Below the pieces are notes generated by a model. That model worked only from the letters and a program-made list of their open reading frames with translations. It was not told the origin of the DNA and ran no database searches. A stretch of 64,000 bases of DNA from Anaerolineaceae bacterium (GTDB taxonomy: Bacteria > Chloroflexota > Anaerolineae > Anaerolineales > Anaerolineaceae), in assembly GCA_041741455.1 (NCBI GenBank), contig JBGSJZ010000099.1:64870-128869 (forward strand). The letters are read 5' to 3'. Positions 37,945 to 48,380 of the stretch are shown one piece after another. A program made the translations under genes and the position numbers. Position 1 is the stretch's first letter, and every line of letters begins with the position of its first letter.

Positions 37945-39594
37945 ATGACGCTAAATGATGAATTGCATAAGTGGGAAGAAAACATCCTTCGCCCAATGAT
38001 CAGTCGATTTGCGGAGCGAAAAGCGAATTTTGAGACCTCTTCGGGTATTCCTATGCCGTGCGTCGGCATACCTGGAGAAGTTGATTACATGGAGAGACAA
38101 GGCTTCCCCGGGGATTATCCATTTACACGGGGTATCCAACCGACCATGTACCGCGGCCGTTTGTGGACGATGCGTCAGTATGCGGGTTTCTCAGATGCGG
38201 AGGAATCCAACCAGCGCTACCGTTACCTGCTTCAGCAAGGTCAAACTGGTTTATCCATCGCCTTTGATTTGCCAACCCAGATCGGCTACGATGCGGATGA
38301 TTCGATGGCGGTCGGTGAAGTGGGAAAGGTGGGGGTTTCGGTCAGCTCAATTGAAGACATGGAAACCCTGTTCCAGGAAATTCCATTGGATAAAGTTTCA
38401 ACCAGTATGACAATCAATGCCCCTGCCGGTATTTTACTGGCGATGTACATTGCTGTTGCGAAAAAACGCGATGTTGATTCTAGAAAACTACGCGGGACCA
38501 TTCAAAATGACATCCTAAAAGAATATGTTGCTCGCGGGACTTATATCTTCCCGCCGGCACCCTCCATTCGCCTGATCACCAATATTTTTGAATATTGTAA
38601 AACATCTGTGCCCAACTGGAATACGATCAGCATTTCCGGCTACCATATCCGCGAGGCAGGTTCCAGCGCAGTGCAGGAAGTGGCTTTCACCCTGGCGGAT
38701 GCGATTGCCTATGTGGAGGCAGCGTTAAAAGCTGGTCTGACAGTGGATGAATTTGCGCCACAACTTTCATTTTTCTTCAATGCCCACAACAATTTTTTGG
38801 AGGAAGTCGCCAAATTCCGAGCAGCACGCCGATTATGGGCGCAAATCATGCGGGAACGCTTTGGTGCTAGAGATCCACGTTCGTGGATGCTGCGTTTCCA
38901 TACCCAGACTGCAGGATCCACCCTGACAGCCCAACAACCGGAAAACAATGTTGTGCGTGTAGCCTTACAGGCGTTGGCTGCAGTGATGGGTGGTACGCAA
39001 TCTCTGCACACCAACAGTATGGATGAAGCACTCTGGCTGCCCACAGAAAAATCGGTGCGAGTGGCTTTACGCACCCAGCAAGTGATCGGGTTCGAATCGG
39101 GAGTTGCTGATACAGTAGATCCATTTGCAGGATCCTACGTGATTGAATATTTGACCGATGAAATCTGCAGCCGTGCCAGTGAATATATCCAAAAAATTGA
39201 TGAAATGGGCGGCGCCCTAGCAGCGATTGAAAACGGTTATATGCAAGCAGAAATCCAAGATTCTGCCTATCGCTACCAACGCGCCGTGGAAAATAAGGAA
39301 CAGATTGTGGTAGGCGTGAATGCCTTCGCAAGCAATGAAGTTTTGCAATTGGAGCGGCTGAAAGTGAACCCAGCGATTGAGCAAGGGCAACGCAGCCGGC
39401 TGGCAGCTTTGCGAACCCGACGGGATGCTGCCAGGACATCCGAACTCTTGACCCACCTTGAAACGGCTGCTCATGGCAACGAGAATCTAATGCCGCTCTT
39501 TGTGGAGTGTATGGAAGCTAACCTGACCCTGGGCGAGGTGTGCGGAGTCTTGCGCCTGGTTTGGGGTGAATATCAGCCGCCCGCCTGGGCATAA
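37945..39594 (+). CDS. Methylmalonyl-CoA mutase, catalytic (TIM-barrel) subunit without fused B12-binding domain
   Basis: 550 aa from the ATG at 37945. [23 protein letters not shown] and the following barrel motifs are canonical MCM large-subunit N-terminal domain. Confidence 0.85.
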   Translation: MTLNDELHKWEENILRPMISRFAERKANFETSSGIPMPCVGIPGEVDYMERQGFPGDYPFTRGIQPTMYRGRLWTMRQYAGFSDAEESNQRYRYLLQQGQTGLSIAFDLPTQIGYDADDSMAVGEVGKVGVSVSSIEDMETLFQEIPLDKVSTSMTINAPAGILLAMYIAVAKKRDVDSRKLRGTIQNDILKEYVARGTYIFPPAPSIRLITNIFEYCKTSVPNWNTISISGYHIREAGSSAVQEVAFTLADAIAYVEAALKAGLTVDEFAPQLSFFFNAHNNFLEEVAKFRAARRLWAQIMRERFGARDPRSWMLRFHTQTAGSTLTAQQPENNVVRVALQALAAVMGGTQSLHTNSMDEALWLPTEKSVRVALRTQQVIGFESGVADTVDPFAGSYVIEYLTDEICSRASEYIQKIDEMGGALAAIENGYMQAEIQDSAYRYQRAVENKEQIVVGVNAFASNEVLQLERLKVNPAIEQGQRSRLAALRTRRDAARTSELLTHLETAAHGNENLMPLFVECMEANLTLGEVCGVLRLVWGEYQPPAWA

Positions 39595-39608
39595 GTTTGG
39601 AGGAGAAG

Positions 39609-40016
39609 ATGGCAGAAGTAAAGAAGATCAACCATGTAGCTATCGTGGTTGGAGATATTGAAGCGGCATTGGTTTTCTGGCGAGACGCGCTGGGTCTACG
39701 GTTGGATCATGTGGAGGATGTGCCGTCACAAAAATCCGCAGTCGCCTTCATCCCGGTAGGGGACTCGGAAGTTGAGTTAGTCAAACCGACAACGGATGAT
39801 TCTGGTGTAGCCAAGTTTCTGACCGAGCGGGGTGGTGGAATGCACCACCTGTGCTTTGAGGTGGACGATATATGTGGGATGGTGGAACAATTGAAAGATA
39901 AAGGTGTTCGCCTGATTAATGAGACACCGGTAGAGTTGCCCGGACGCAAGATGGCATTTGTGCATCCCAAGAGCACAGGGGGCGTGCTGGTGGAGTTATA
40001 CGAAGTAATAAAGTAA
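39609..40016 (+). CDS. mce: Methylmalonyl-CoA epimerase (VOC/glyoxalase family)
   Basis: KINHVAIVVGDIEAALVFWRDALG ... GGGMHHLCFEVDDI. ATG at 39609 preceded by GGAGGAG. Confidence 0.85.
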   Translation: MAEVKKINHVAIVVGDIEAALVFWRDALGLRLDHVEDVPSQKSAVAFIPVGDSEVELVKPTTDDSGVAKFLTERGGGMHHLCFEVDDICGMVEQLKDKGVRLINETPVELPGRKMAFVHPKSTGGVLVELYEVIK

Positions 40017-40028
40017 GAAAGCACACTT

Positions 40029-40062
40029 ACATAAAGGACAACCCCGGAGGTTTTGTAAAACT
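40029..40062. terminator. Bidirectional terminator between mce and the MFS gene
   Basis: CAACCCCGGAGGTTTT-gt-AAAACTTCCGGGGTTG long near-perfect hairpin followed by ttttcttc. Confidence 0.55.
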
Positions 40063-40090
40063 TCCGGGGTTGTTTTCTTCGTGGATTTGA

Positions 40091-41392
40091 TTAGGCCTGG
40101 ATCATTTCGGCTTCTTCGGTTTCGGCGGCACGGATGCCTTTTTCAACATTCACCTTGGAAAGCAAGAACATGCCTACCAAGAAGAAGATGATGAGTGAGA
40201 CAATGCTGAAACGACTCTCGCCCATAATCATTGCCACAACACCAAACAGGGCTGGCCCGGCGATGCTGGAAAACTTCTCAAAGACGCTGAAAAAGCCATA
40301 GAACTCGGCCGATTTACTCTTGGGCATCATTCGCCCGATCAACGATCGGCTAAGGGCTTGGCTGCCGCCCTGAACAGTAGCGACTAATCCACCCAGAACC
40401 CAGAACTGCCATTCTTGATAAAGGAAAAACCCCATTATGGCAATCACACTATAGATGCTGAGGCATAGGTAAATTCCACGTTTGGTGCCAATTTTTCGAG
40501 CCAGCCAGCCAAACAGGAAGGCAAAAGGAGCCGCGAGGAATTGCACCATTAGCAACGTGCCGATCAGGGTGATGTTGGAGAATTCCAGCTCCTTTCCATA
40601 GATGGTTGCCATGGTGATGATGGTTCCAATACCATTGGAATAAACCCAGAAAGTGATCAACATGAGGAAGAGTTGATTGTAGCGGCGAATCTCGCGGAAG
40701 GTTTTGCCCAGACGTTTGAAGGTCGCCTGCAGCGGTTGTGCAAATTCCTCGCCGGCTTCAATTTTGCGGGGTGGTTCTTTAACATGGATAAGCAGGGGTA
40801 ATGTGAAGATGAACCACCAGATGGCTACTGTAACAAATGAGAGCCGGGTCATCAAAGCGGTATCCACGCCCAGGCTGTCCGGCAGGAACATGATCATGAC
40901 CAGGTTGATGGCAAGTAAGATGCCGCCGCCGATATAGCCCATGGCATAACCGCGGCTGGAAACCTGGTCAATCTCGTCCGGTCGTGCAACGTGCGGAAGT
41001 AGTGCGTCGTAATACACCAAACTCCCGGCAAAACCGACATTTCCAATGATGAAGAATATTGAAGCAAGCACCCAATCACCGGTTTGGACAAAATAAAGCA
41101 GGGCAGTTCCGGTGACGCCAATGGCCATAAAAATTGTCAGGAATTTCTTTTTGGCAGCGCTGAAATCGGCCAGGGTTCCCAGGATTGGACTGATGATAGC
41201 GGCGAGCAGAGCAGCGATAGAGGTGGTGTACCCCCAGTATGCTGTGGCAATATGGTTCGGCAAATTCGTTGCAGCGACATCAGAGAAATAAACCGGTAGA
41301 ACGGCTGCCATGATGGTGGTGGCAAAGGCAGAGTTTGCCCAATCATACATCGTCCAAGCGCGGATGGCCCGCTTATGCAATGCTTCTTCCAT
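40091..41392 (-). CDS. MFS transporter, UMF1/Atg22-like subfamily
   Basis: 433 aa. N-terminus RAIRAWTMYDWANSAFATT is characteristic of the UMF1 family. 12 TM segments. Confidence 0.7.
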   Translation of the reverse strand: MEEALHKRAIRAWTMYDWANSAFATTIMAAVLPVYFSDVAATNLPNHIATAYWGYTTSIAALLAAIISPILGTLADFSAAKKKFLTIFMAIGVTGTALLYFVQTGDWVLASIFFIIGNVGFAGSLVYYDALLPHVARPDEIDQVSSRGYAMGYIGGGILLAINLVMIMFLPDSLGVDTALMTRLSFVTVAIWWFIFTLPLLIHVKEPPRKIEAGEEFAQPLQATFKRLGKTFREIRRYNQLFLMLITFWVYSNGIGTIITMATIYGKELEFSNITLIGTLLMVQFLAAPFAFLFGWLARKIGTKRGIYLCLSIYSVIAIMGFFLYQEWQFWVLGGLVATVQGGSQALSRSLIGRMMPKSKSAEFYGFFSVFEKFSSIAGPALFGVVAMIMGESRFSIVSLIIFFLVGMFLLSKVNVEKGIRAAETEEAEMIQA

Positions 41393-41480
41393 AAGGATTA
41401 TTGCCTCTCTTTCTCAGTGGATGTTGTTATTATACATGTAAACCCGGAGTATAATTTATCTCTTATTCACCAGAGGGAGA

Positions 41481-42275
41481 ATGGTCAAGATATTCTGGCG
41501 ATTGGTCAGGGTTTCCCTGCGACAACAAACTACCTACCGGGCAGCCATGCTGGCAGGTCTGGTCACCAACCTGTTTTTCGGGGTTTTACGCCTGGCTCTG
41601 ATGCAGGCGTTGTATCAAGACCAGGGAGCAGTTAATGGGCTGGACCTTGGGGGAGCGATCACCTATATTGGAATTTCTCAATCCTTAATAGCGTTTCTTT
41701 TCATCTTTGGCTCAAATGATTTCATGAAAAGCGTTTCCAGCGGAGAAATTGCTACGGACTTGCTAAAACCAGTGAGGCTTTTCACGCTGTGGATGGCGCG
41801 CGACCTGGGGCGAGGTTTGGTGAATCTGTTCACCCGGGGTGTTTTGTTTATGGTTATCTTTCAGTTTTTCTACCCGCTGGTCTGGCCAGTGAGTGTGGGT
41901 CAGGTGCTGGTCTTTGTATTCTCACTGACTATCTCCTGGTTATTGAGTTTTGCCTGGCGCTTCCTGGTGAACCTGGCTGCCTTCTGGACTCCAGATGCAA
42001 TTGGGGTGGGGCGGGCTGCGTTTGCACTCTCGCAATTCTTCTCTGGTTTCATCCTGCCGCTCAGATTATTTCCTGAGTGGACACAAACCATTTTTAACCT
42101 GACACCGTTTCCTTCCATGGTGAATACCCCTATTGACATCTGGATTGGGTTGACCAGTGGAACGGAGATCTGGCTGGCAATCGGTATCCAGCTAATATGG
42201 CTCTTGTTGCTGGTATGGTTGTGCCAGGTGACGGTGCGGGCTGGTGTTCGGCACCTGGTGATCCAGGGGGGATGA
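41481..42275 (+). CDS. ABC-2 family transporter permease (COG4587-like)
   Basis: 264 aa with 6 TM segments. First gene of a 3-gene ABC-2 cassette. Confidence 0.65.
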   Translation: MVKIFWRLVRVSLRQQTTYRAAMLAGLVTNLFFGVLRLALMQALYQDQGAVNGLDLGGAITYIGISQSLIAFLFIFGSNDFMKSVSSGEIATDLLKPVRLFTLWMARDLGRGLVNLFTRGVLFMVIFQFFYPLVWPVSVGQVLVFVFSLTISWLLSFAWRFLVNLAAFWTPDAIGVGRAAFALSQFFSGFILPLRLFPEWTQTIFNLTPFPSMVNTPIDIWIGLTSGTEIWLAIGIQLIWLLLLVWLCQVTVRAGVRHLVIQGG

Positions 42276-42276
42276 G

Positions 42277-43086
42277 ATGAAACGCTTGATCGTTCTATAT
42301 TTCCGTTTGATATCCATCCAGGTGCGCTCACAAATGCAGTATCGCTTTTCATTCTGGATGGAAGTGCTTTCAACGATGCTGTTGAATGGATCGTATTTTC
42401 TTGCATTGTATTTGGTTCTACAGCAATTTGAGACGATTGCCGGATGGCGTTTGGGAGAAGTGGCTTTTTTAGCCGGGATGGTTGAACTGAGCTTTGCCTT
42501 GATGGATATGTTTTTTAGTGGGTTTGATCCGGATGCTTTCAGCCCATTTGTCTGGAAAGGTTCTTTTGACCAACTTTTGCTGCGTCCCTTGCCGATCACA
42601 TTTCAAGTATTATCTTCCCGTTTTGTGCTGCGCCGTCTAGGACGAATAATGGAGGGTTTGGTCATTTTTGTTTTTGCACTTATTTTAACGGATGTTCCCT
42701 GGTCGGCTTTGAAAATCGTCTACCTGTTCATGGTCTTAATCAGCCAGGTGATTGTCTACGGGGCTTTGTTCATGGTAGGCTCGACCCTGACCTTTTGGAC
42801 GGTGAAACCAATCGAAGCGGTTAATATTGTGACCTACGGTGGAACCGAAATGATGACTTACCCGATGAATATTTATCCGCTTTGGCTGAGACGATTTTTC
42901 ACCTATATACTGCCGTTTATCTTTATGAATTACTATCCGGCGCTATTCTTTTTGGATAAGGCTGATCCGCTAGGATTTCCAGTTTTTGCACCCTTCCTTG
43001 CGCCGTTTGCGGCTTTGGTAGTTATGTTCTTATCTTTTAAATTCTGGAAATTTGGATTACGGCATTATCAGGGTACAGGATCATAA
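42277..43086 (+). CDS. ABC-2 family transporter permease (COG3694-like)
   Basis: 269 aa with 6 TM segments. Starts 2 nt after the previous gene. Confidence 0.65.
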   Translation: MKRLIVLYFRLISIQVRSQMQYRFSFWMEVLSTMLLNGSYFLALYLVLQQFETIAGWRLGEVAFLAGMVELSFALMDMFFSGFDPDAFSPFVWKGSFDQLLLRPLPITFQVLSSRFVLRRLGRIMEGLVIFVFALILTDVPWSALKIVYLFMVLISQVIVYGALFMVGSTLTFWTVKPIEAVNIVTYGGTEMMTYPMNIYPLWLRRFFTYILPFIFMNYYPALFFLDKADPLGFPVFAPFLAPFAALVVMFLSFKFWKFGLRHYQGTGS

Positions 43087-43089
43087 ATA

Positions 43090-44082
43090 ATGACAGAAAT
43101 TATTCAAGTGTGTGAACTTACCAAAACGTTTCGGGTGCTGGAACGTCAAACAGGCTGGAGTGGGGCGTTTCGTAGTTTCTTCCACCCCCGCCACAAGCTG
43201 GTAGCGGCGGTGAAAAATGTCAGTTTTGGACTGAAACCGGGAGAACTGGTAGGCTATCTAGGTCCCAACGGGGCTGGAAAATCAACCACACTAAAAGTAC
43301 TCACCGGGTTACTGGTTCCCACCAGTGGCCAAGTGCTCGTCGATGGGCAGATCCCCTGGAAAAACCGGACAACCTATGTCTCTAAAATTGGGGCTGTCTT
43401 CGGTAACCGCTCCACATTATGGTGGGATTTACCCGTAATGGATTCGCTGGAAGTTTTGCAGGCAATGTACCAGGTACCCACCCACCGATTCAAAGAAAAT
43501 TTAAAGCGTTTCAATCACTTGCTGGAGTTGGACGAATTTATCAACACCCCAGTGCGGTCACTCTCGCTTGGACAGAAAATGCGAGCAGATTTGTGTGCGG
43601 CGTTACTGCATGAACCAAAACTTGTATTCCTGGATGAACCGACCATTGGCCTGGATGTGGTTGCCAAGCAGCGGATTCGAGAATTCATTCGTTATATCAA
43701 TCGCGAACAGGGAACAACAATTCTGCTGACCACCCATGATCTATCGGATGTTGAAAAATTATGTGAGCGAGTGATGATTCTGGATCATGGACAACTTCTT
43801 TACGACGGATATCTGGAAGAACTCACCAACCGTTTTGAGGGTGAGCGAAAATTAAATGTATTATTTTCAGAAGAATACGCGGATATCCAGGTGGAAGGAG
43901 CCCAATTGTTGCAACGAGATGGCCGTAGGGCGATTTATGCATTCAATTGGCGAATATTATCATCCAGCGAGCTGATCCGCAGAATCCTTTCGGAATATAA
44001 AGTAGATGATCTGGAAGTCAGACGCCCGGATTTGGAACAGACAATTCGCCGGATTTACGAAGAAGAACTATTATTAAAGTAA
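43090..44082 (+). CDS. ABC transporter ATP-binding protein (COG4586-like)
   Basis: Walker A GPNGAGKST, signature LSLGQKMR, Walker B LVFLDEPT. Confidence 0.9.
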   Translation: MTEIIQVCELTKTFRVLERQTGWSGAFRSFFHPRHKLVAAVKNVSFGLKPGELVGYLGPNGAGKSTTLKVLTGLLVPTSGQVLVDGQIPWKNRTTYVSKIGAVFGNRSTLWWDLPVMDSLEVLQAMYQVPTHRFKENLKRFNHLLELDEFINTPVRSLSLGQKMRADLCAALLHEPKLVFLDEPTIGLDVVAKQRIREFIRYINREQGTTILLTTHDLSDVEKLCERVMILDHGQLLYDGYLEELTNRFEGERKLNVLFSEEYADIQVEGAQLLQRDGRRAIYAFNWRILSSSELIRRILSEYKVDDLEVRRPDLEQTIRRIYEEELLLK

Positions 44083-44142
44083 CCAGCCATTTTTATACTA
44101 CTGAACACACTAACCATGAAGTTATACCTTGGAGGTTGAAGA

Positions 44143-44772
44143 ATGTCACAGGAATGGCGCAGTAAAATACTGGATACTCTGGTGGTTAGCGCAGTACTCA
44201 TCGTCATTAATTTTGCCCTGGTAATGCTCATTTCTGTTATGGAACGCGTCTATGCCAGGCCAGGATTATTTGTTTTTGCATTTCTTCTAATGGTAATTTT
44301 AATTTTTTGCCTGGAACGAGCTACCACTTTGCATCTTCCGGAGTCCTGGCGAGCCAGGAGCGGAATTCTGGGAGGCTTTCTAGCTTGGGGATTTGTCGAT
44401 CTGGCGATCACAATTGGGCAACAAAAAATCAGCATTCCGACGGATTTGCTTGTATTAATCATGACTTTGCTGATCACTGTTACTTTGTGGCGAAGATCAT
44501 TCAGCACCGGCTTGCAATTTTTCAGCATTACTTTTTTACTGGGATGGATGGGTCAGATCATCCTGGGCGGATTTGCACAATTACAAAATGGTAGGTTGCT
44601 GGCATATGATGTCTTCTTTTGGGCGGCCGTTGTGTTTGGTTCCCTTAGCCTGGGGGTGATTGGTTGGTCGATGTTGCGATCAAGAACCCGAATTCAACGC
44701 TTGATGATGGCAATCCTGTTGTGGTTCAGCCTGATGATTGTGTTATATTCAATGAGAGGCGGAACCATCTAA
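44143..44772 (+). CDS. Hypothetical polytopic membrane protein (about 6 TM)
   Basis: 209 aa. No recognisable family. Confidence 0.5.
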   Translation: MSQEWRSKILDTLVVSAVLIVINFALVMLISVMERVYARPGLFVFAFLLMVILIFCLERATTLHLPESWRARSGILGGFLAWGFVDLAITIGQQKISIPTDLLVLIMTLLITVTLWRRSFSTGLQFFSITFLLGWMGQIILGGFAQLQNGRLLAYDVFFWAAVVFGSLSLGVIGWSMLRSRTRIQRLMMAILLWFSLMIVLYSMRGGTI

Positions 44773-44797
44773 CCCTTTTACAGGAGATTTTTTTAGG

Positions 44798-45604
44798 ATG
44801 CAAACTATTCCGGAATCAAGACGACAAACACACTATTGGGACTACGGATTTCTGGGTTTGATTGGGTTGGTTGCCTCCGTTTTTCTGGCCGGGGAGGGTT
44901 GGCCGAAGTGGACGACAGTTGGCTGGTTGTGTGTTGCTTTTTTGGCAACATGGGGGTTCGGATGGAGCGTTATGAGTCTGGTCGATTTGTTAAAAAATCA
45001 AAGGGAGGACCAGTGGAATAAAGCAAGTGAAATCTGGCTCTGGCTGGTGGCGGGTGGGGCTGCAATGGCGTTAGCCTGTTGGAAGCTGGGTGATCTGCCA
45101 TTCTATCTTTTCCCGGCGTTAATGCTATCGACAGCTGCAATTGCGTTGTTAAGTCAGTCTGGAGCGATATCAGGGATCATTTGGGGTCTTGGTGCTGCTA
45201 TACTGGTGTTTTTGGGGTGGGCTTCTGTGCGTCAATCCTTGTTTCAGGTAGAAGATGGCCCTGTCTGGTTTTTAGTTGGATTCCTAATTTTCTGGTTTAT
45301 CGGTTGCGATTTATTTGAAAAAGGGTTGGGGATTAAAGAAAAAGAAAAGCAGACCTACAATCGCCTGGCTTGGGATTTGGCGCGGATCTTTCACTTGCTG
45401 TCTCTGGCACCGCTGTTTTTCCTGGGGCAAATGAAGGAGATGGGCTTCGTTTATGGTATTTCGGTGTTTCTTATTCTGATCTTCGCAGAGAGTAAATTTC
45501 GAGGCAAGAAGAGTGAAAGTGATTTGGCAGGAAGAATGTCAGGGACCAATAATTGGGTAGGTGTAATGGTATTGTTGGCTTGTTTATTCGGCAGGCTGGT
45601 GTGA
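44798..45604 (+). CDS. Hypothetical Trp-rich polytopic membrane protein (about 8 TM)
   Basis: 268 aa. Its stop overlaps the GNAT gene start by 1 nt (TGATG). Confidence 0.5.
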   Translation: MQTIPESRRQTHYWDYGFLGLIGLVASVFLAGEGWPKWTTVGWLCVAFLATWGFGWSVMSLVDLLKNQREDQWNKASEIWLWLVAGGAAMALACWKLGDLPFYLFPALMLSTAAIALLSQSGAISGIIWGLGAAILVFLGWASVRQSLFQVEDGPVWFLVGFLIFWFIGCDLFEKGLGIKEKEKQTYNRLAWDLARIFHLLSLAPLFFLGQMKEMGFVYGISVFLILIFAESKFRGKKSESDLAGRMSGTNNWVGVMVLLACLFGRLV

Positions 45605-46110
45605 TGGACGAACCAAAATCAATTGAGATCCTACCGATCCGGGATGAGGATCGTACCTGGATTAAGGATTGGTTGATCGATCGCTGGGGGGATATTCAAA
45701 TTGTTGTGCATGGAACGGTTTACGAGGCGGACAGCCTGCCTGGTTTTGTGGCAAGAGTCCGAAATGAGGTTGTCGGCTTGATCACCTTATATTTTCAAGA
45801 TCATCAATGTGAAGTCGTCAGTCTGGATAGCCTCAAGGTGCAACGTGGAATTGGGACTGCATTATTGCAGGCTGTGGGACTGGAAGCAATATCTGCCGGC
45901 TGCAGGCGTTTGTGGTTGGTCACCACCAATGACAACCTGGATGCACTTCGCTTTTTTCAGCGTAGAGGATTTGTCCTGTGCGTGTTGCAACCAGGAGCGG
46001 TGGATAAGGCAAGGTTGATTAAGCCATCCATCCCTTTAAGGGGACAAAATGCGATCCCCATCCGGGACGAAATTGACCTTGAAATTGATCCCCTGCGACT
46101 GGTAGAATAG
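45604..46110 (+). CDS. GNAT-family N-acetyltransferase
   Basis: Acetyl-CoA binding motif A VQRGIGTALL. Start at MDEPKSIEIL (ATG at 45604). Confidence 0.7.
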   Translation: MDEPKSIEILPIRDEDRTWIKDWLIDRWGDIQIVVHGTVYEADSLPGFVARVRNEVVGLITLYFQDHQCEVVSLDSLKVQRGIGTALLQAVGLEAISAGCRRLWLVTTNDNLDALRFFQRRGFVLCVLQPGAVDKARLIKPSIPLRGQNAIPIRDEIDLEIDPLRLVE

Positions 46111-46131
46111 TAGGGTAAGGAGAAAACTGTT

Positions 46132-47295
46132 ATGCGTTTGCGTTGGAGTATTTTATTAGTGGTAATTGGAAGCGTTGGTTTGCTGGGGCTATTTACTGAG
46201 CCTGGACAGGCGGAAACGGGGGAGTCCTTTTTTGGTGAAACTATCTGCCTGCCGGATGTATATCTGCAATCTCCGACAGAGTGCCTGGCTCTTGGACCTT
46301 CTGAAAAATTGACTGATTGGGCGCGCAAGGGTATTACCTACCCGCTGGTCAGGCCAGTATTAACACGACCTTCTATGGATTTGAACGTCGCCCCGGAACA
46401 ATATTTGAAGATTTCCAGCAATTCCACCCCACTCTATGATTCACTGGATGCAGCGATTTCGCGGAATGAATCCCGAACCCTCGACCCGGGTTTGAAGTAT
46501 CTCTCCATGTTGCAACGGGTGGATCGCGAAGATGGAGTTTATTACCAATTACGTAGCGGTTGGTGGGTGGAGGCTGGAGAAGCAGGAGCAGCGTGCTGTA
46601 TTTACGGTGGGCGTTTTCAGGGATTGCTATTCGATCAGGCCCCTCGATCCAACCTGGGATGGATCATGGATCACATCCGGGCCAGAAGCGGACCGGGATA
46701 TGCTTATTCAGAAGTTGGGAATATTCTGGCATATGAGACGGTGGTTCCGGTGTATGACCTGGTGGAGGCAGATGGTACCAAATGGTACATGATTGGACCG
46801 GATGCGTGGATTGAACGCAGGTGGATGCGCATGTTGGAGATCCATCGTCCGGCGCCAGAAGGCGTGACGAACGGTCGCTGGATTGAGGTTAATCTGTATG
46901 AGCAAACCATTTCGGTTTTCGAAGATAACCGGATTATTTTTGCAACGTTAATCGCCTCCGGCCAGGATCCATTTTTCACCCGTCCTGGATTGTTTCAAAT
47001 TAACAGGAAAAAAGAAGTGGAGACGATGAGTGGGGCCTTTGCAGCAGACCGTTCGGATTACTATTATCTTGAGGGTGTGCCCTGGACGATGTATTACGAT
47101 GAGGCACGGGCTTTGCACGGCGCTTACTGGCGCACCATGATGGGTTTTCCTCAATCACATGGATGTGTTAATTTATCTGTGGGTGATTCTGCCTGGTTGT
47201 ACCAATGGGCCGTTGAGGGAGACTGGGTGTATGTCTGGGATCCATCTGGGATTACCCCAGTTGATCCTGGGGCATATTCCCCTGGCGGGGCATAA
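46132..47295 (+). CDS. L,D-transpeptidase (YkuD domain) with N-terminal signal peptide
   Basis: C-terminal HGAYWRTMMGFPQSHGCVNLSVGDSAWLYQW contains the catalytic H...SHGC motif of YkuD L,D-transpeptidases. Confidence 0.8.
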   Translation: MRLRWSILLVVIGSVGLLGLFTEPGQAETGESFFGETICLPDVYLQSPTECLALGPSEKLTDWARKGITYPLVRPVLTRPSMDLNVAPEQYLKISSNSTPLYDSLDAAISRNESRTLDPGLKYLSMLQRVDREDGVYYQLRSGWWVEAGEAGAACCIYGGRFQGLLFDQAPRSNLGWIMDHIRARSGPGYAYSEVGNILAYETVVPVYDLVEADGTKWYMIGPDAWIERRWMRMLEIHRPAPEGVTNGRWIEVNLYEQTISVFEDNRIIFATLIASGQDPFFTRPGLFQINRKKEVETMSGAFAADRSDYYYLEGVPWTMYYDEARALHGAYWRTMMGFPQSHGCVNLSVGDSAWLYQWAVEGDWVYVWDPSGITPVDPGAYSPGGA

Positions 47296-47380
47296 ACGTA
47301 AAAATAACAGAAAATTTTCTCAAAATAAATTACACAGCACGGAGGGCTCTCTGGGCTGTTTAATTTATTAGGGGTTTCGA

Positions 47381-48373
47381 TCAGGGCGAGAGACTGATGG
47401 TCTGGCTTGCAAGAGAAACCGTACCGGCAATCCGATTGTCAGAATCCTGGCGCAGGGTCAGACGGGCGCGAGTAAAAGTGGATATTGAATAGGGAATACT
47501 TATTTCAAAGGGGACATACGCTCTCTCCGGGGTGACTGGGCCAGGATCCAGGCTGGATGAGAAAAGAACAATACTATCCTCTGAGATAATTTCCAAAATC
47601 ACAGGTTGATTGCTGACAGGGCTGACAAGCCCGCGCACTGAAACAAGCCCGTTTGTAAATGTTTCATTTAAGTAGGGCCTGATGATAAATAGAGGTTCGC
47701 GCAAGCTGACGGGTTGGGTAATTTGTTCTTCGCCTAATGCCAGTAAAATTAAATCCACGGAAGAAAGGGAGATGATCCGACCAAATCGGTCGGTCGTATA
47801 AATTATCAAACGGGCAGCCTCGGCTGCGCCACTAATCGAAAAGAAAACTTCTTCCTGCAGAAAGATTTGTTGACTTGAGGTTTGTGCAAAACGAAGACTG
47901 CTGTTATAAAGGACGCGGCTATCTTCTCCAAGCAGCACCAGTTGAAGCCGGCCATCCGGTGCAGGAATGGCGGCGGCTTCCACCCGAAAAGGAGAAAGCA
48001 ACCGAGATTGCAGCCCTGGACGGGTGATGCGAATACCAGCCAGGGGTGGAATAGGCGTCGGAAAAGGAGTACGCGTCCAGGTAGGACGATGGGTGGATGA
48101 GGGGGTGAATTCCAACAAGGAAGGGGGAAGTGTTTCTGACAGGGTGGGTGAGGCGGTCCAAGCTTCTGAAGCGTAGGCTTCAGGAGAGGGCGTCAACAAA
48201 GGTGGGGGGAAAAGATCGATTTCAGTTGAAAAAGGTGTAGCGATGGCCGTCTCGTCTGAGGGAGACTCGGACATCGTAGTGGAGGTGGGTTGTGAAGGTT
48301 GCGGGGAGCAACTAGTAAAAACAAGAATTGAGGTGCAACACAGAATTATAAAAATAAGATTGCGCATAGCCAT
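47381..48373 (-). CDS. Lipoprotein with Pro/Thr/Ser-rich linker and two tandem Ig-like (Gmad2-like) repeats; function unknown
   Basis: Lipobox FTSC. Two ~110-aa repeats share the pattern R(P)x(L) ... V(L)L ... EDS.VL..SSL. Confidence 0.45.
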   Translation of the reverse strand: MAMRNLIFIILCCTSILVFTSCSPQPSQPTSTTMSESPSDETAIATPFSTEIDLFPPPLLTPSPEAYASEAWTASPTLSETLPPSLLEFTPSSTHRPTWTRTPFPTPIPPLAGIRITRPGLQSRLLSPFRVEAAAIPAPDGRLQLVLLGEDSRVLYNSSLRFAQTSSQQIFLQEEVFFSISGAAEAARLIIYTTDRFGRIISLSSVDLILLALGEEQITQPVSLREPLFIIRPYLNETFTNGLVSVRGLVSPVSNQPVILEIISEDSIVLFSSSLDPGPVTPERAYVPFEISIPYSISTFTRARLTLRQDSDNRIAGTVSLASQTISLSP

Positions 48374-48380
48374 GATTAAA

